Notes under the pieces: generated by a model
What the model was told of the DNA's origin: nothing
Databases searched by the model: none
Seen by the model: the letters and a program-made list of their open reading frames with translations, nothing else
Translations under genes and position numbers: made by a program
Assembly: GCA_028023455.1 (NCBI GenBank)
Contig: JAQFVV010000003.1
Coordinates: forward strand, 8,494,001-8,558,000
DNA from: Epiperipatus broadwayi
Taxonomy: Eukaryota; Animalia; Onychophora
Length of the DNA: 64,000 nucleotides
Reading direction: 5' to 3'
Shown: positions 42,062 through 55,905 of the stretch, in pieces
Layout: every line of letters starts with the position of its first letter
Numbering within the stretch: the stretch's first letter is position 1

Positions 42062-42748
42062 ATGAAATACACAGGCTTATATATACCTGTGTCTATATAT
42101 GTAATAGACAGGGTATGAGCACAGACTTTCACAAGACCCACCACTCTCCACACTATCTCATAATACTGATACACCTGAACACACATATGTCGAAAAGATC
42201 AATAATCACCAATATCAGTATTATGAGATAGTGTGGAGAGTGGTGGATCATGTGAAAGTCTGTGCTCATATCCTGTCTATTACATATACAGACACAAGTA
42301 TATATAAGCCTGTGTATTTCATCTATTACATATTAGAGATGTCTGCCTATCCCTTGTATATGTATTTAATGGATTATGTCCTGTACATGAGGGGTCAGAT
42401 TGATCTTTAGGTCAACATGGGTGTGACAACAATCTCGGCCTAAGGGTGGCCTTTGAGCATTCCATCATCAGATTTTCAATTGGATGGACAGTTGAAGAGT
42501 TGGAGTGTGGTGTACATTGAAGCCTGTCTATTAAAGTAGGAGGATTTGCTATCTTAATATATATCTGAGCTTGTAGCATATATGTGTAGAGATGATAATC
42601 TGGACCAACTGATGATTGCTGGTTTAGCATGAAATACGTATATTGGTGATTATTGATCTTTTCGACATATGTGTGTGCAGGTGTATCAGTATTATGAGAT
42701 AGTGTGGAGAGTGGTGGGTCATGTGAAAGTCTGTGCTCATACCCTGTC
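42062..42748. mobile_element. Family H1 element (inverted arm + arm + body + hammerhead + arm) with 13-bp TSD
   Basis: taagaataattag is duplicated at 42049-42061 and 42749-42761; the 5' LTR has a single copy (empty site). Near-perfect hairpin at 42062-42325. Confidence 0.9.
42595..42653 (+). ncRNA. Type-I hammerhead ribozyme motif, best-preserved H1 copy
   Basis: ATAATC-tgg-ACCAA-CTGATGA-tTGCT ggttt AGCAt-GAAA-TACGTA-TA^TTGGT-GATTAT. Intact core, bulged stem I, perfect palindrome ATACGTAT as stem III, AUA triplet. Predicted cut between 42642 and 42643. Confidence 0.75.
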
Positions 42749-43330
42749 TAAGAATAATTAGTAAATCAGATTCGCAATCTTATATTTTTTTTTATAATTT
42801 TAAACTTTTGTAAATAAAGATCGCCAGGGTATAGATCCTTGACTCATATTATATATATAAATATTGTTAAAGTAGCTTCATTATTTAATAAATATTATTA
42901 AGTTGTTTCAATCCATTTGGTCTCTATCTTGTTCCCATCGTTGTGCATCTTGTTCCCATCGTTGTGCATTCATACCTCTAAATATGTATGCTAAATTCCA
43001 ATACACACATGCCTTTATTTTTATATATACTGATATTGCAAATATTATGGGAAAGTGCTGTAATTGATCAGTTTATATAGTGGTGCAGTAGCCATTGACC
43101 TGAGTAAGCTCATCCCTGAAAACAATCGAGTACGAATTCTCACCGAGTCGAATACTGAGGCATAATGGAGCCAGAGGGGGGTGAGATGAGGCTGAATTAG
43201 CCCAAATTATATTTAGATTTAATGTGTGAATATAAAACTAGCCCATTGAAGGTGGATGTGATCATGGGTTAAGTATTTCATCATGTTCCCAGCATTCTAT
43301 CCAAAGATCTGCGGTCTGACCATAGTTAGA

Positions 43331-45960
43331 TGTAAAATATGCATTTTAAAATTAAATGTACAGACGAAAGTGTCTTGTTATAAAATATTTCTTCTAAAAG
43401 ACATTTAAATTTCTAATATTTAATCAAAAACATTCATCGTCTGATTTGGCTTAAAATGCAAACAATTGAACCAAACTAATTAAACAGATAAAAAAGGAAC
43501 TTAATTAGCAAAACCCAATTTAATTAAATCCCACCTTAATTTATAAATGTTACTCCAGAAAACAAAAGAAATCAAACTGATAAGAGAGGGGATTTTGAAA
43601 GAAATGGCATAGAGAGTACAGAGTGCATTCAGTGTATTCTAAGAAAGCATCGGTTGCGAAAAAACAGCGAGGGAATTGAGAATTACCCTATGCTGAGAAA
43701 GGAGCAAATTAGATGTAGAAACTATACGTGCAAGATTGTAGTTCAAGTATTCATTATTGTACGTCCATAGTGTTTTCTAAGACAGCTTGGTGGGGACCAA
43801 AACTGTGTTAATTTGTATACACCAATCTCTCATCATGCGCTTAGCTTGGAACAATTGAGAACTTTATATAAACTATAACCTAGTTAGTATCAAACTATTT
43901 TGGAAATTAAACTCTTTTAACTAGTTTATGAATTAACATTTATGCACTGTAATTGAAAAATCAATACACAGTAACCCGGCACAGTCAAATTAGTCGAACC
44001 TAAAACCATAGTGAATAACCAGCAATTAATTATAAAATGTCAGTTTACAAACAAAACTCTATTGGAGAGTTTGACGTGGAAAACGCGGCCGTTGGCCAAT
44101 ATATCTGTTGCAAGTCAAAAATTTCATTTTAAATGACAATGAAGACAACAAACGGAAAGTAGCCGCCCTCTTATGTTTTTGGGGAAAAAAAATTATTGAA
44201 ATCGCCAATAAATTATACCAAAATCCCAAAGATGAGAATGTACCATTCAAGGAATTATCCCAACGGGTAAATGAATTTTTTAGCCCTCGCCCATCCCACT
44301 ACACAGCAGGCCTACAGTTAAGAAATAGAAAACAACTAAATAGTGAAACAATCAAACAATATAATTTAGCACTCAATGAGCTAGTGAAAGATTGTGTTTA
44401 CGGTTATTTCATAGAAGAAATATTACTAGATCAGCTGCTATGGAGAAAGTCTCATACAATATTGCTCAGACAATAGCTGCTAACAGAGGCAGACCTAACG
44501 CAGAAAGTGCAACCGTTCTTTTGTTTCAAATAATTAAATGTCTTTCAATTTATAGTGAGAAATAAAATAAATGCAATTATACATGTTAAACATCCTCCAA
44601 ACAAATGGAATAAAACACATCTGCATATCCCCATATTATCCAGAATTGAATGGCCTCGCCAAGAAAGCCATCCAACAAATAAAAAGTGTTGAGAAAAGCA
44701 AATGACAATGATATGCAAGCTATATTATTCAGAATTGAATGGCCTCACCAAGAAAGCCATCCAACAAATAAAAAAAGTGTTGAGAAAAGCAAATGACAAT
44801 GATATGCAAGCTACCTTACATAACGCCATGCTACAACAACATTCTACAGGAAAACCACCTGCTGAACTGCTGATGGGCAGAAAATTAAAGAAAGGCTAGC
44901 AATGTTACTCCCCAGTAGGACCGAACACATCCAAAATGATTATGTAGATAGCATGTACGAAATTGGAGAAGCAATCTGGGTATGCAATATCATCAGGAAA
45001 AAATGGACTGAAGGCAGAATCACCGGAAAATTATCCAAACAAACAGTCACAGTCCACATTAATTACATCTGCAGGCATTTCATTCCAGACATCACAAAAT
45101 GATGAAGGGATTACGATAGTAATCTGGAAAACAAAGACTCGACACAGCCCTGGTAGAAGGAAGTACATACAAGCAACAAGGTCGACTAGAACGTAATGAA
45201 GCAGAAGTTGAAACAGACTTAAAACGCATTAACCACAGAAACAATAGACAAAGATAGATCACCCAGACCTCAGCACAAGATACAGAAGCCTATCAAGCTA
45301 CGCGACTATGTATAAAACAGCAGTTTTCTGGAATAAGGGGAGATATTGTAAAATATGCATTGTCTTATTCTAAAATATTTCTTTTAAAAGACATTTAAAT
45401 TTCTAATATTTAATATAGACGTTAATTAGTCATCTGATTCGGCTTAAAATGCAATCAATTGAACCAAACTAATTAAACAGATAATGAAGGAATTTAATTA
45501 CCAAAACCCAATTTAATTAAATCCCATCTTAATTTATAAGCGTTACGCCAGAAAACAAAAGAAAGCAAACTGATAAAAGAAGGATTTTGAAAGAAGTGGC
45601 AGAGAGAGTACAGAGCACATTCAGTGTATTCTAGGAGCATCTGTTGCAAAGGAACAATGGGGGAATCGAGAATTATTCTATATTGAGAAAGGAGCAAATT
45701 AAGACATAGAAATTATAAGTGCAGGATTATACTTCGAGTATTCATTATTGTATGTCCATGATGTGTTTTTCTAAGACAGCTCGGCAGAGATCAGAACTGT
45801 GTTAATATGTATATGCCAATCTTTCATCACGCGCTTAGCTTGAAACAGTTGAGAACTTTGTATAAACTATAAACTAGTTAGCATCAAACTATTTTGGGAA
45901 TGAAATCTAACTAGTTCATGAATTAACATTTGTGCGCTGTAATTGAAGAATCAATACACA
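43331..45960 (+). mobile_element. Mag-like LTR element, gag plus integrase tail only, nested in the Osvaldo-like 3' LTR
   Basis: LTRs 43331-43970 and 45347-45960 (TGTAAAATATGC...CAATACACA); PPT aataaggggag. Gag ORF 44108-44476 (KVAALLCFWG...IEEILLDQLLW); IN tail HSTGKPPAELLMGRKL; terminal KLRDYV*. Confidence 0.88.
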
Positions 45961-48900
45961 GATGTGTTTCCCCCTTTTGCAAGAACCATGGGTCCATTAC
46001 AATATATTATCAAATTAAATTGCAAATGAAAAGATAAAACTAAAGTTTAATAATAGACTATCAATTTTTTACAATATTTAATAAATTACTGTACCAACAG
46101 CAATGGATTTCCATTCAAAATATATAATTAAACTTTTTTTTTCATTGTTATGATTGCTACTGCTTCTCTCAACAAATCATAAAATGTTATTCTTTTGCAT
46201 TTTAGTAGTCAACTATCATATTCCTAAACTTGATATTGTAATAAATAATCCCTTGTAGATGAAATGCAATGAATCAATGGAGCTCATATTTCGTTTTGCT
46301 TCTCTGCTGTGCTTATCTGACTTGGAGATCTACTCTGATACTTTAGTGATATAGTAATCAATTTCTTCACTTGAAATAAAACATTGACATATCATCTAGT
46401 TAAACATGAAATAAAGTTTTAAATGTTAATGTAATAACTAAATCTAAAAAGTAAACTATGAATGTTAAGGTGTTTATAGTAATAATAATCATATAATTAG
46501 TGTTGCTTAGAAATCATATAACAGTTGAACATCAAAATAGAAGGTTGAGTCAGCAATTCATGATTAGTCAGCGGAGAATCAATTGAAGAATTTTAGTTTT
46601 CCATTCCAGAACTTGTTAAAAATACAAACAATTTCATAGAAACTCACTTCATTAGGTGTAGAAAGTCTTCAACATTCACCGTTTATAAATCAGAATTAAA
46701 TTGAATCTTATAAACATAGAACAGATGTTTTCAAATCATTGTATGAAAGTTTGAAAAAATATGATGCATATAATAGTTTTTACAATCAGTCCCATACAAA
46801 CAAATATATTTTAGTTAGCAATTTAATTCATTTATAAATCTGCAGAGGTTCTATATAATTTAGAAAGTAAGCAATGTACATTTAATGAGAAAAATGTAAA
46901 AATACAATCGCATTAAATAAATGAGGAATTTTTTTTTCATTATTATCAATAAACAGCATTATGTTATAAACTATTCATTAACAAGTAAGATTAGTACAAT
47001 TCCAAACATTAAAAAAAAGACAAGAAACACACTAGTGCCATTTATAAAATATCTTACCTGAATATTATCAAAATTCTTTAATATCAAAATTAGCAATTAA
47101 GAGAAAAAAAGATTTTTTAATCCACAAAAATATATATATGCAATCATAATTGTGAATCTATATAGCATCAATTATGAAGGATGAGGATATTTCATCAGTC
47201 CGAAGTATTTTATTATTTTAGATAAACTTCCTTTATTATAGCACATGCTAAACATGACCTTAATCTGAACTCTAATCTTTACACAAAAACAAACTTTGCA
47301 ATTTACTAAAATGAAAACAAAATTATTATTTTTCTCTCTTTTTTTTTATTAAAATAACCTTTCAAAATGCAGAAGCATAGTTAAAAACATGTTTATTCAA
47401 TCTAATATTATTAAGATTTAACACAAACATTTTTATCATTGGAAATTTCTAAATATTGAATAATAATAACAAACAAATCTTTGTGTTTGTATATATAATT
47501 GTTTGGTTTTTTTTTTTTGCAAATTAAGAATGATAACTACAATTTTCTGACAAGCAACAAATCTAAATCATTTTTAATGAAAGTTTCCTGTAGCTTTCCA
47601 CCTAATTAACATGAATGACTGTAATATCAAGACTTAAAACCATAAATCCAAGATCATAAGTACAAAAAAAAAGCATTTTAAGTATCAAAAAAAACAAAAA
47701 CAACCTACATTATATAATAACAAAATCAGGAGAGTGGGATGCAGAATTATAGAAAAATCTTATTAATGGTGAGTAACTACTATATGAGAAGTAGATTACA
47801 ACTGCTTAGAATACATTGAAATTATTAAACCAATATAAATATTATAAATATTTATATATTTAGTAATATGATATAAAATATCTGTAAACTATTTTGCATT
47901 TATATTCTCACACGAACTGATCTTAATTATGAATATTATCATACCTGTGACATCTTAAAGATATCATCTACTTAGCTTCTGATTCTTCTGTTTTTCCTTC
48001 CTTCATGCACACTATTTAATGCAGAAAATTTATTTAAGTCATTCAAAAATATTGAAATAAAATATTGTCAATTTGATTTAAATTCTGCAAGTCAGATCCC
48101 TGGATATTTTTAGAAAAGACTATTGAATGATGAAATATAATTTGAAAAATATTTTTATTTGAAGTTTACTGAAGCACTTTTAAAAAGGCAAGAGATATGT
48201 GGATGAAATATTCCCAGATTTTTATTATTTATTTAAATGCTTTAGTTGAAATCTAATTTCTATTTATTCCTTCTTTAAAGATGTGATAAAATTTTAAAGC
48301 TCAGCAAATTATTTCGCAGGTGACATAATAACCAGAAAAATCTTTACACGAATCTTCAGGCATTTACTAAAACCTATCAATATTTAATATGCAGAAATAG
48401 TTGAACATTAAAAAGCCAGTGCATTCAGAACTGACTTCCCTTTTATACTTATTGTTTTATTTAGTACACTAATGACCTTTTAAAAAAATAAAATATTGTT
48501 TGAAAAAAAAAATGGCAATGAAAGGCACCTGTATGTTTTCATGAAATTTAGAAGGGTAAGATTTTTAGGCACTAAACTGCCTCAATTCATGTTAGGATAA
48601 AGTTCAATTTTTATCTGAAGCACAATTTTCTGTCTTAACAGAATTTGTTGTATAATGAACAGCCCGAAGCATACATTATCTACATAGTCATTTATGTATA
48701 CTAATCTTTCAATGGCAGAGTGATGAAATAAATTATTTATTTATTTTATTGTTTTATTTCTTTATTTACAAGTAGTACTGCAAATTGTTTTCTTACTAGT
48801 AATAACAGTATATATAACAATGTATAATTGCATTGAGGAACAGCATTATTTAGTTGATTGTAAATGTTCTGTCTCTCTTTTTCTTTTCCTTTTTCAAAAA

Positions 48901-51900
48901 TATAATTGATAAAAAAAAAAACACTGACTGAAAACAGTGAGGATGAAGTTTAAGAAAATACAACAAATAATTAAAAAAAATTGAGGAGGTAAATAGAACA
49001 AGATTTATATTTATTTTTGAAGAGAATGTTGATTAGAAAGTAGAATTTAATAAAACCAATATTTCATCAATAATTCCATTTTCTTTCCAAATCTGGCCCA
49101 TTAATTTCAATATATATAAAATAAATTAATTTCACACACTTTTTCTTCTTAAATCTTTTTATTTTATGAACATTTTTTATTTAAATTTTTTCTAACATTT
49201 CAATCATATCGTATGGTCATGGTCAAGGATTATCCCTATAATATATACATATTTATATAAATACGTTTGCAAAAAATTGACAAAAACAACATAATAAAAT
49301 ATTTTCAGATAATTTTTTTATTTTATTTACTTTTTGCATACTTTTATATCTGACTTCATCTTTTCACTTTATTTTTTTATAGATTTCTAACAATGTTTCT
49401 ATTCAAAAGTAGTTATCTTAATCTTATAAATAAACTTTTTTTAATTATTGTTCCTTACAAATTTAATATTTTCCAACATCTTTATTTCAAAATTTAAATG
49501 CTTAAATTCTTTAATATGCATATATATATTAAATTGATATATATTAAATTTTCTATCTTTTAAATGTTTTTATCTGGTCTTTATTTTTTGTTGTTCTTAC
49601 ATAAGAAGCTAGTGAAACATTTTTATTATCTCTCTTACAATCTAAGCAATTTACTATATAAATGCTATTCATATTTTTCAATCCCTCCCTTTTTATTAAA
49701 ATTTATCTTCTTTTTACATGATTGGGTTAATTACAAATTAATAATAATAATAAACAGCCACTCAAAATGAATATGGTCATTCCAACTCCAAAAAAAAAAA
49801 AAGGAAGGAGAGAAAGAGAGAAAAAAAACTATTCTAAAAATGAGTTTTTGCAGTGACTATTACCAAACAATCTGCAAACCTTAAATACATCCATAAATAG
49901 AACTAGCTAATCCAATTTTCTGTTTATTTGATATTTTATGATGTTGTCTTTTAACTTCCTCAGCAGAAAAATTTTCCTTCTGAAATAGGTCAATACCATG
50001 TCCAATTGTAGCTATTCAATATATCTCTATTATATCTTCCCAATAGAAACAAATGACATTGCACTTGCTTACAAAACCTATATTTAAGTTCATGATAAAA
50101 CATCCTTTTAGGAAGATTCCATTGTGTATTCATTTTATATGTCTAATGAAAGTGTAATTTTACAGTAGTGGAATCAATAGTAGCACTTCCTGCAAACTGA
50201 AAAAGACATTGATTAGTTTTATGATCTTGCCATTGTATTACTAAAATTTTATGGAATACGCTTAAGTGAAATTTTTCTAATGCCTTTATATTGAGATGAT
50301 AGGGTATCCAAATTTCACATCCATACAATAAAATAGATAAAGTAACAGCTTTATATATAGTTAACTTAATTGCAGTAGTTATTTCTCTATGATGAAATGC
50401 TCTTATCTTTTAACTTTTTAAAAGCAGCAGAATATTGGAGTCTGCTTTGGATCTCAATATCTAAGTCCACTTTTCTACTTATAAACCCATCAAGGTATTT
50501 AAACTGGTTTCCATCTCAAGTTAATAATTGTCCAAGCTGAAAGCTACTGAGAATTTTTCTTCCAACATTGGCTGATCATACCAAGATCTTTATAAATTGC
50601 ATTCAAAACATTATGAACATTCGGTAAATTGTTGTTTGAACTGGCAAATAAGTACAATCGTCAGTATAATGTAAATCCAAAATTCAAGAAGATGAAATTC
50701 TTGTTTTTGCTTTTAACCGATTCAAATTAAAAATTACATCAACAAACCTGTATCATATCTTGATACCTGTCTGATTAAGCTGCCTATAAACAATTCCAAA
50801 GACCACTGTCATAAAAACTGATCATGTTGGAGCAAGTAGATATCCTTATTTAATAGCAGATTTCAAATGTCTCAGATTTTCCACCTCTAATAATAACACT
50901 TCCTCTCATACTGTCAAATAAAAGCTGTATAATATGAATAAATTTTAATGACCAAAACCAGTTAATTTCAAACAATGTCATAGATCTGTCCTATTAATTG
51001 AATCAATTGTCTTAACCAAATCAATAAAAGCAATATATAAATCATTCTTTTGTCTCCAACACTTTTCTCATTTGCTTGGAACAAAAATCATATCTATAGA
51101 GTTTCTTGATTCCCTAAAACTATACTAAGTATCTGGTAACCACTTATCTATAACTGGAAGCCATCTATTCAATAAATTTTTTAAATATTTTGCCAGTAGT
51201 GGACAATAACTGCTGCAATCTTATCTATTCCTTTTATTTTTAAAAAATGGAACAATAACAGCAACCTTAAGAACAGATGGTATAACTTCATGGGTCCAGA
51301 TATTCCTAAAGAAATTCCAATATTTTTGAAACTGATCACCATATTTTAAAACTTAATTTAGATATTTTATCAGGAACTGTAGTCTTTCCATTTTTAAGGT
51401 TACAAAAAACTAATTTGATTTCATTAAGTTTGAATATCTTTATTCAAATCTAAATGATTAAATAAAAATGGATATAACATTAATTATCATATCAATTCTT
51501 ACATCATTATTTAAAGAATAATCAAAATACTCTTTCTACCTGTACAAATTATCATTATTATCAAATAAGAGATATTTCTGGATTTAATAAGATTAATATT
51601 GTTTTTCAGTTCCACATATTGCTTTCAATGCATTAAAAAAGAGACTTAGAATGGTCATGATCAGCGAATGTCAGTATCTTCTTTGCCGTTTTAATGGACT
51701 AATTATTTCAAAGCCTTCTTGTCAGTCACTGAACGTTTGCCTTCAGATGTTTATATTTATTGTAAAGTTCAACATTTAATCTATTATTTTACCAAGCAAA
51801 GAATGCCACGTTTCTTTTTAATTAAATCATTAATAATATGATCATTGTCAGAAACAAATCATGATTCTTCTTTTTAGATTTAATTCCATGCTTCAGTAAT

Positions 51901-51982
51901 ATAACAATTCTGAAGATCGAAATTAGCAATTTTAGTATTTAATATTCTAAAAATGAACAATTATTTTTTTTTGTGGACATAC

Positions 51983-54900
51983 TGTGTACATGGGGCAAAC
52001 TAATCCCAATCATGCCAGCAAAAATTAAACAAATCAACATAAAGACAAATATATGTTTCAGCAAGTGTTTATTTCTCTGTGCTGAGATTATAATAAAATC
52101 ATACACAAATAAACAATAAGCAATAAGACAATAACATTAATTTTCCATTAACTTCAGAATTACATTACACAGTTCACATTAAAATTCATCTACGCTTATA
52201 GATGAAAGTCTATAAACAAGTTTCTTCTGCTTTTAGTTTTCACTATTTCTCAATTATGTATACTACTTGTATTTTTGCACTGTCATTTCTCCCTTTCAAA
52301 AAATATATTCACTCTCGGAAGCTCACTGCTCTGATTGATTAATCCCTTTTACCGCAGAGACTATTTTCTTCCTAGGGACACTTTTAGTTTGTCTCTTTAT
52401 TAGCCGTGTTAATTTACATAAATTAGCATTCAAATTCTTTAACAATAATGTTTTCTACTTTTTCCAGGAGAAACAATACAAAGTACTGACTATACAATTT
52501 ATGTAAAGACAGTGCACACCTTCCCTCAGTCTAAAAAATAAACTCTAAATTTGTTATGATTTCTTTGATTCCTCTAATGTCTGGGAGTAGATATATTTCT
52601 GCTCTCACCTTGATCAATATTTACATTGATTGTTTTTTCTGATCTTAATGATCAATCATCATTGCTTAGATTGATACATATCCTGCTCAATGAACAGTTC
52701 ATCATCTGCTCACTTGAGAAAGTATTGTCACACCCTTCATTTATTGTAATTTCTGATCTAGGATTAGCTATTGCAGGTTTATTATTCAACACAACTGATG
52801 TATCAGAGAAACATTCATGTAAGTGATTTATGTACTCTGCATGCGTAATCCATTTTCAAGTTTGATGATCCTAATTACTGTAGATTATATCTCAATAACA
52901 ACACCTGAAAACCTTTTTTTTTTTATATTAGGGCTAACCTATACTGTTTTGCCAATTTGAAATTTCACAAAATTTGTATTATAAGTTTCTTCATCGGAAA
53001 TACTTTTTCCTGTTCTCCTTTTAGATTATAATAGCTTTGATAAGTGTGTAGTGGTTCTGCAAACGTTTTACTATTTGAAGCACTCAGGGTAAAATGTTGG
53101 TAAAACATAATCTATCAGTGCATCTTTCATATCTGTAACTTATTTTCCTTAAGGCATATTTTAAACTTTGAACTATCTTTTCCACAAGTCCATTAGAGGA
53201 TGGGAGATAGACTGGAGTAAGAATACGAGATATCCCTTTATCTTCTAAATAGTTTTCAAAATCGGCAGAAGTAAATTTAGAATCATTATCTGATATGAGG
53301 ATCTAAGGATAGTCCTAAGTAGCAAACACTTCCTATAGGTTTTGTAGATTCAGTCCACGTTTTGACAAACTTATATTCAACCCATTGGATTATGACCCTA
53401 TTCTTATTTAAAATGAATATCCATTCATATGTCCAGAAAAATCTATATGAATGTATTGCCATGGTTTCTTAGCCTCTGTCCATGGTTTGTAAATTTTCTT
53501 CGATAAATCAGCTACAGATTAATAACTGTCAGGATTTTAACAACTGGATTTTATAATCCTTCCCCACATTCCTTTCATGCTTATTAGCTGACTCCTTACC
53601 CTGATTTACAATGTTCTTATGAATAATTTCTTTTAATTTTTGCAATATGAATTATGAAAAGTCTGAACAAGTTTCGACCAAGGAATGAAATGATGTCTGT
53701 CTTTATTATAAATAATGGTAGTACAATTTGTTGTTTATTTTCACTGGAACTGAAATTTTTCCACAAATGTGCATTTTGTTTTCATTCATATCTGTGGCCA
53801 ATACATCAGCATTTTCCAATTTGACTATTCTTGTATTTAGTGCTGTATTTTATTCCATTCCTTAAAAGATAAAATAGATGTTCTGATACCCTTGTCAACT
53901 TCCATATTGACTTTATTACCACAAATAGTAATGTCCAGTGTTTGGCCACTATCCAAACTGTTTAACATCTTTATTTATACATTTCTTCAAGCTCCACCCC
54001 CCTGATTTAAAGTCCATATGGCTTGTCTTTTATATTGTTATACTTTTTTCTTTACAAACTTATGTGGCCCTTAATATCACAAACACAGCATTTCTTCATT
54101 CTAAATTTGCACAACTTCTTTGTTTCCTTTAACACCATAACAATAACATATTAGTTCATTCCATGGGAGTTTTTTAGGTGCTCTTATCTAACCATTTTAA
54201 CTCTACGTACACTTGTCGAATTTTTCCAATCATTCACCATTGTTTGAAATTCTGATGCATTCAGTAGTTATCTTGTGCATTATACATTTTGTAATAGCAG
54301 TCCTATATTTTAAGTCTACTTCACTTAAATATTTCCTAAGGTCATGGACTAACATCCCATATAGAAATTGATCTAGAGTATGTCCTCTCAATCCAACATG
54401 AATTCACTTTATCTAGCCAAGGTTCACAATGCTAGGTTGTAATCTTGATAATGCTCACAGGGTAATTATTTCCTCATCCTGAAATGCAAATAAGACATTC
54501 TCTTCAATACCTCTGTCTGAAAATATACACTAAGATTTTCTTTTAATTCCTTATACAGCATATCCTTTGAGATTTTTGAATCACGTAATTAGTTGTTTGA
54601 TATTTTCAAGACATCACTACCAGCAAAAAACAACAAGGTTGAAACTTTAACATTATCATTTTCTACTTTATTTATCCTCATATAATAGTCGATATGCTCA
54701 ACGTATCTATTCCATGATGTAGTATTGTTAATATCAAATTCTTGAAGATTTTGAGTGGGAACTGTCATATTACACATAGTTACTTCCCATTAAATTTTGT
54801 AACTGCACCATTCTATATTCACCATTATTTACATATACATCTATCTTAGTATGTGCCTGCACCATTTCTTGTGTTTGCACAGGTTTTTCATAAATTGTTG

Positions 54901-55510
54901 ACTGCAGACATCTGCTGTGTACATGGGAGAATCTAATTCCAGCCATGTCAGCGAAAATAAACAAATCAATACAAAGACAAAAATGTTTCAGCAAGTTTAT
55001 TTCTCTGGGCTGAGACTACAAATAAAACATTTACAACAAATAATAAGCAATAAAATAATGACAATAATTATCCTTTAGCTTTGGGATTACATTAGAATAA
55101 ATTTTATGTGTAAAAATAATTTGCTTATGCTCACAATTGAAAGTCTATAAATAAGTTTCTATTAGTTTTCATCATTTCACAATTATGTATACTACTTACA
55201 CTTTAACACTCATTTCTCCCTTTGAAAAAATACATTAATTAATTCTCAGCAGCTCTTTGCTCTGCTTGACTGACTACCACCTTTTACTGCGCTTCACTCT
55301 TAGACTATTATTTCCCCAAGAGCGCTTTCAGTTCACCTCTTTATTAGCTATGCTAAATTTACATAAATTAGTATTCAATTTCTTTAAAAATATTTTTTAG
55401 AATGATCTATTTTCCAGGAGAAACAATATAAAGTACTGTCTGTACAATTTACACAGCTCAAGTAATAGCTTTATTTACATAATTATAAATATATGTATAG
55501 ACAGTGCAGA
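51983..55510 (-). mobile_element. Mag-like LTR element, gag-PR-IN remnants, no recognisable RT/RNase H
   Basis: LTRs at about 51983-52518 and 54916-55510; PPT (ccttccctc on +) at 52519. Gag EFDINNTTSWNRYVEHIDYYMRINKV; PR KVNMEVDKG; IN PWQYIHIDFSGH, SDNDSKFTS, PSSNGLVEK. No TSD recognised. Confidence 0.85.
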
Positions 55511-55905
55511 ATGTGATTAGAATAGTAATTATTTTTTAATGCAATTATCATTTTAATCTTAGATCGTACTAATCTGTGATCTAACCAACCATCTAAGCTC
55601 GTAAGTACTCGCATAATGTGAATTTCTCTTTTATTCGGATTCCTAACAATAATGTAATTTATTAAATGCCATTGTTTGTACACGGATGCATCCATTTCCC
55701 CCCATTATAGCAGCTTTTCTGACTAAACATAGCCTTTGTGATACTCAATCCATGTGTTGAGCATAAATTCGATAATAACAAAACATTTGAATTCACAGCC
55801 CCAATAATTTCCAATAATTTTTGGTCAATGTCTATTATTTCTTCCAATACATGCATTAAAGATTTCAAAAAGAAAAATTCAAACTTTTAATGTTATTGCT
55901 ATAAT

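Larger units (their letters stand above)
31949..46001 (+). mobile_element. Long-LTR Ty3/gypsy retrotransposon (Osvaldo/Ulysses-like), complete but decayed, with two insertions in its 3' LTR
   Basis: LTRs TGTAA...ggtccattACA; 4-bp TSD ATAT at 31945-31948 and 46002-46005; tRNA-Lys-like PBS; PPT agaaaaggggag at 40547-40558. Gag, PR, RT, RH and IN remnants occur in gypsy order. The clade call is inferred from the 2-kb LTR, Lys PBS and 4-bp TSD. Confidence 0.9.
40560..46001 (+). repeat. 3' LTR of the Osvaldo-like element, interrupted by an H1 element and a Mag-like element
   Basis: Homology to the 5' LTR resumes after 42761 and ends with ggtccattaca at 45991-46001. Confidence 0.85.
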
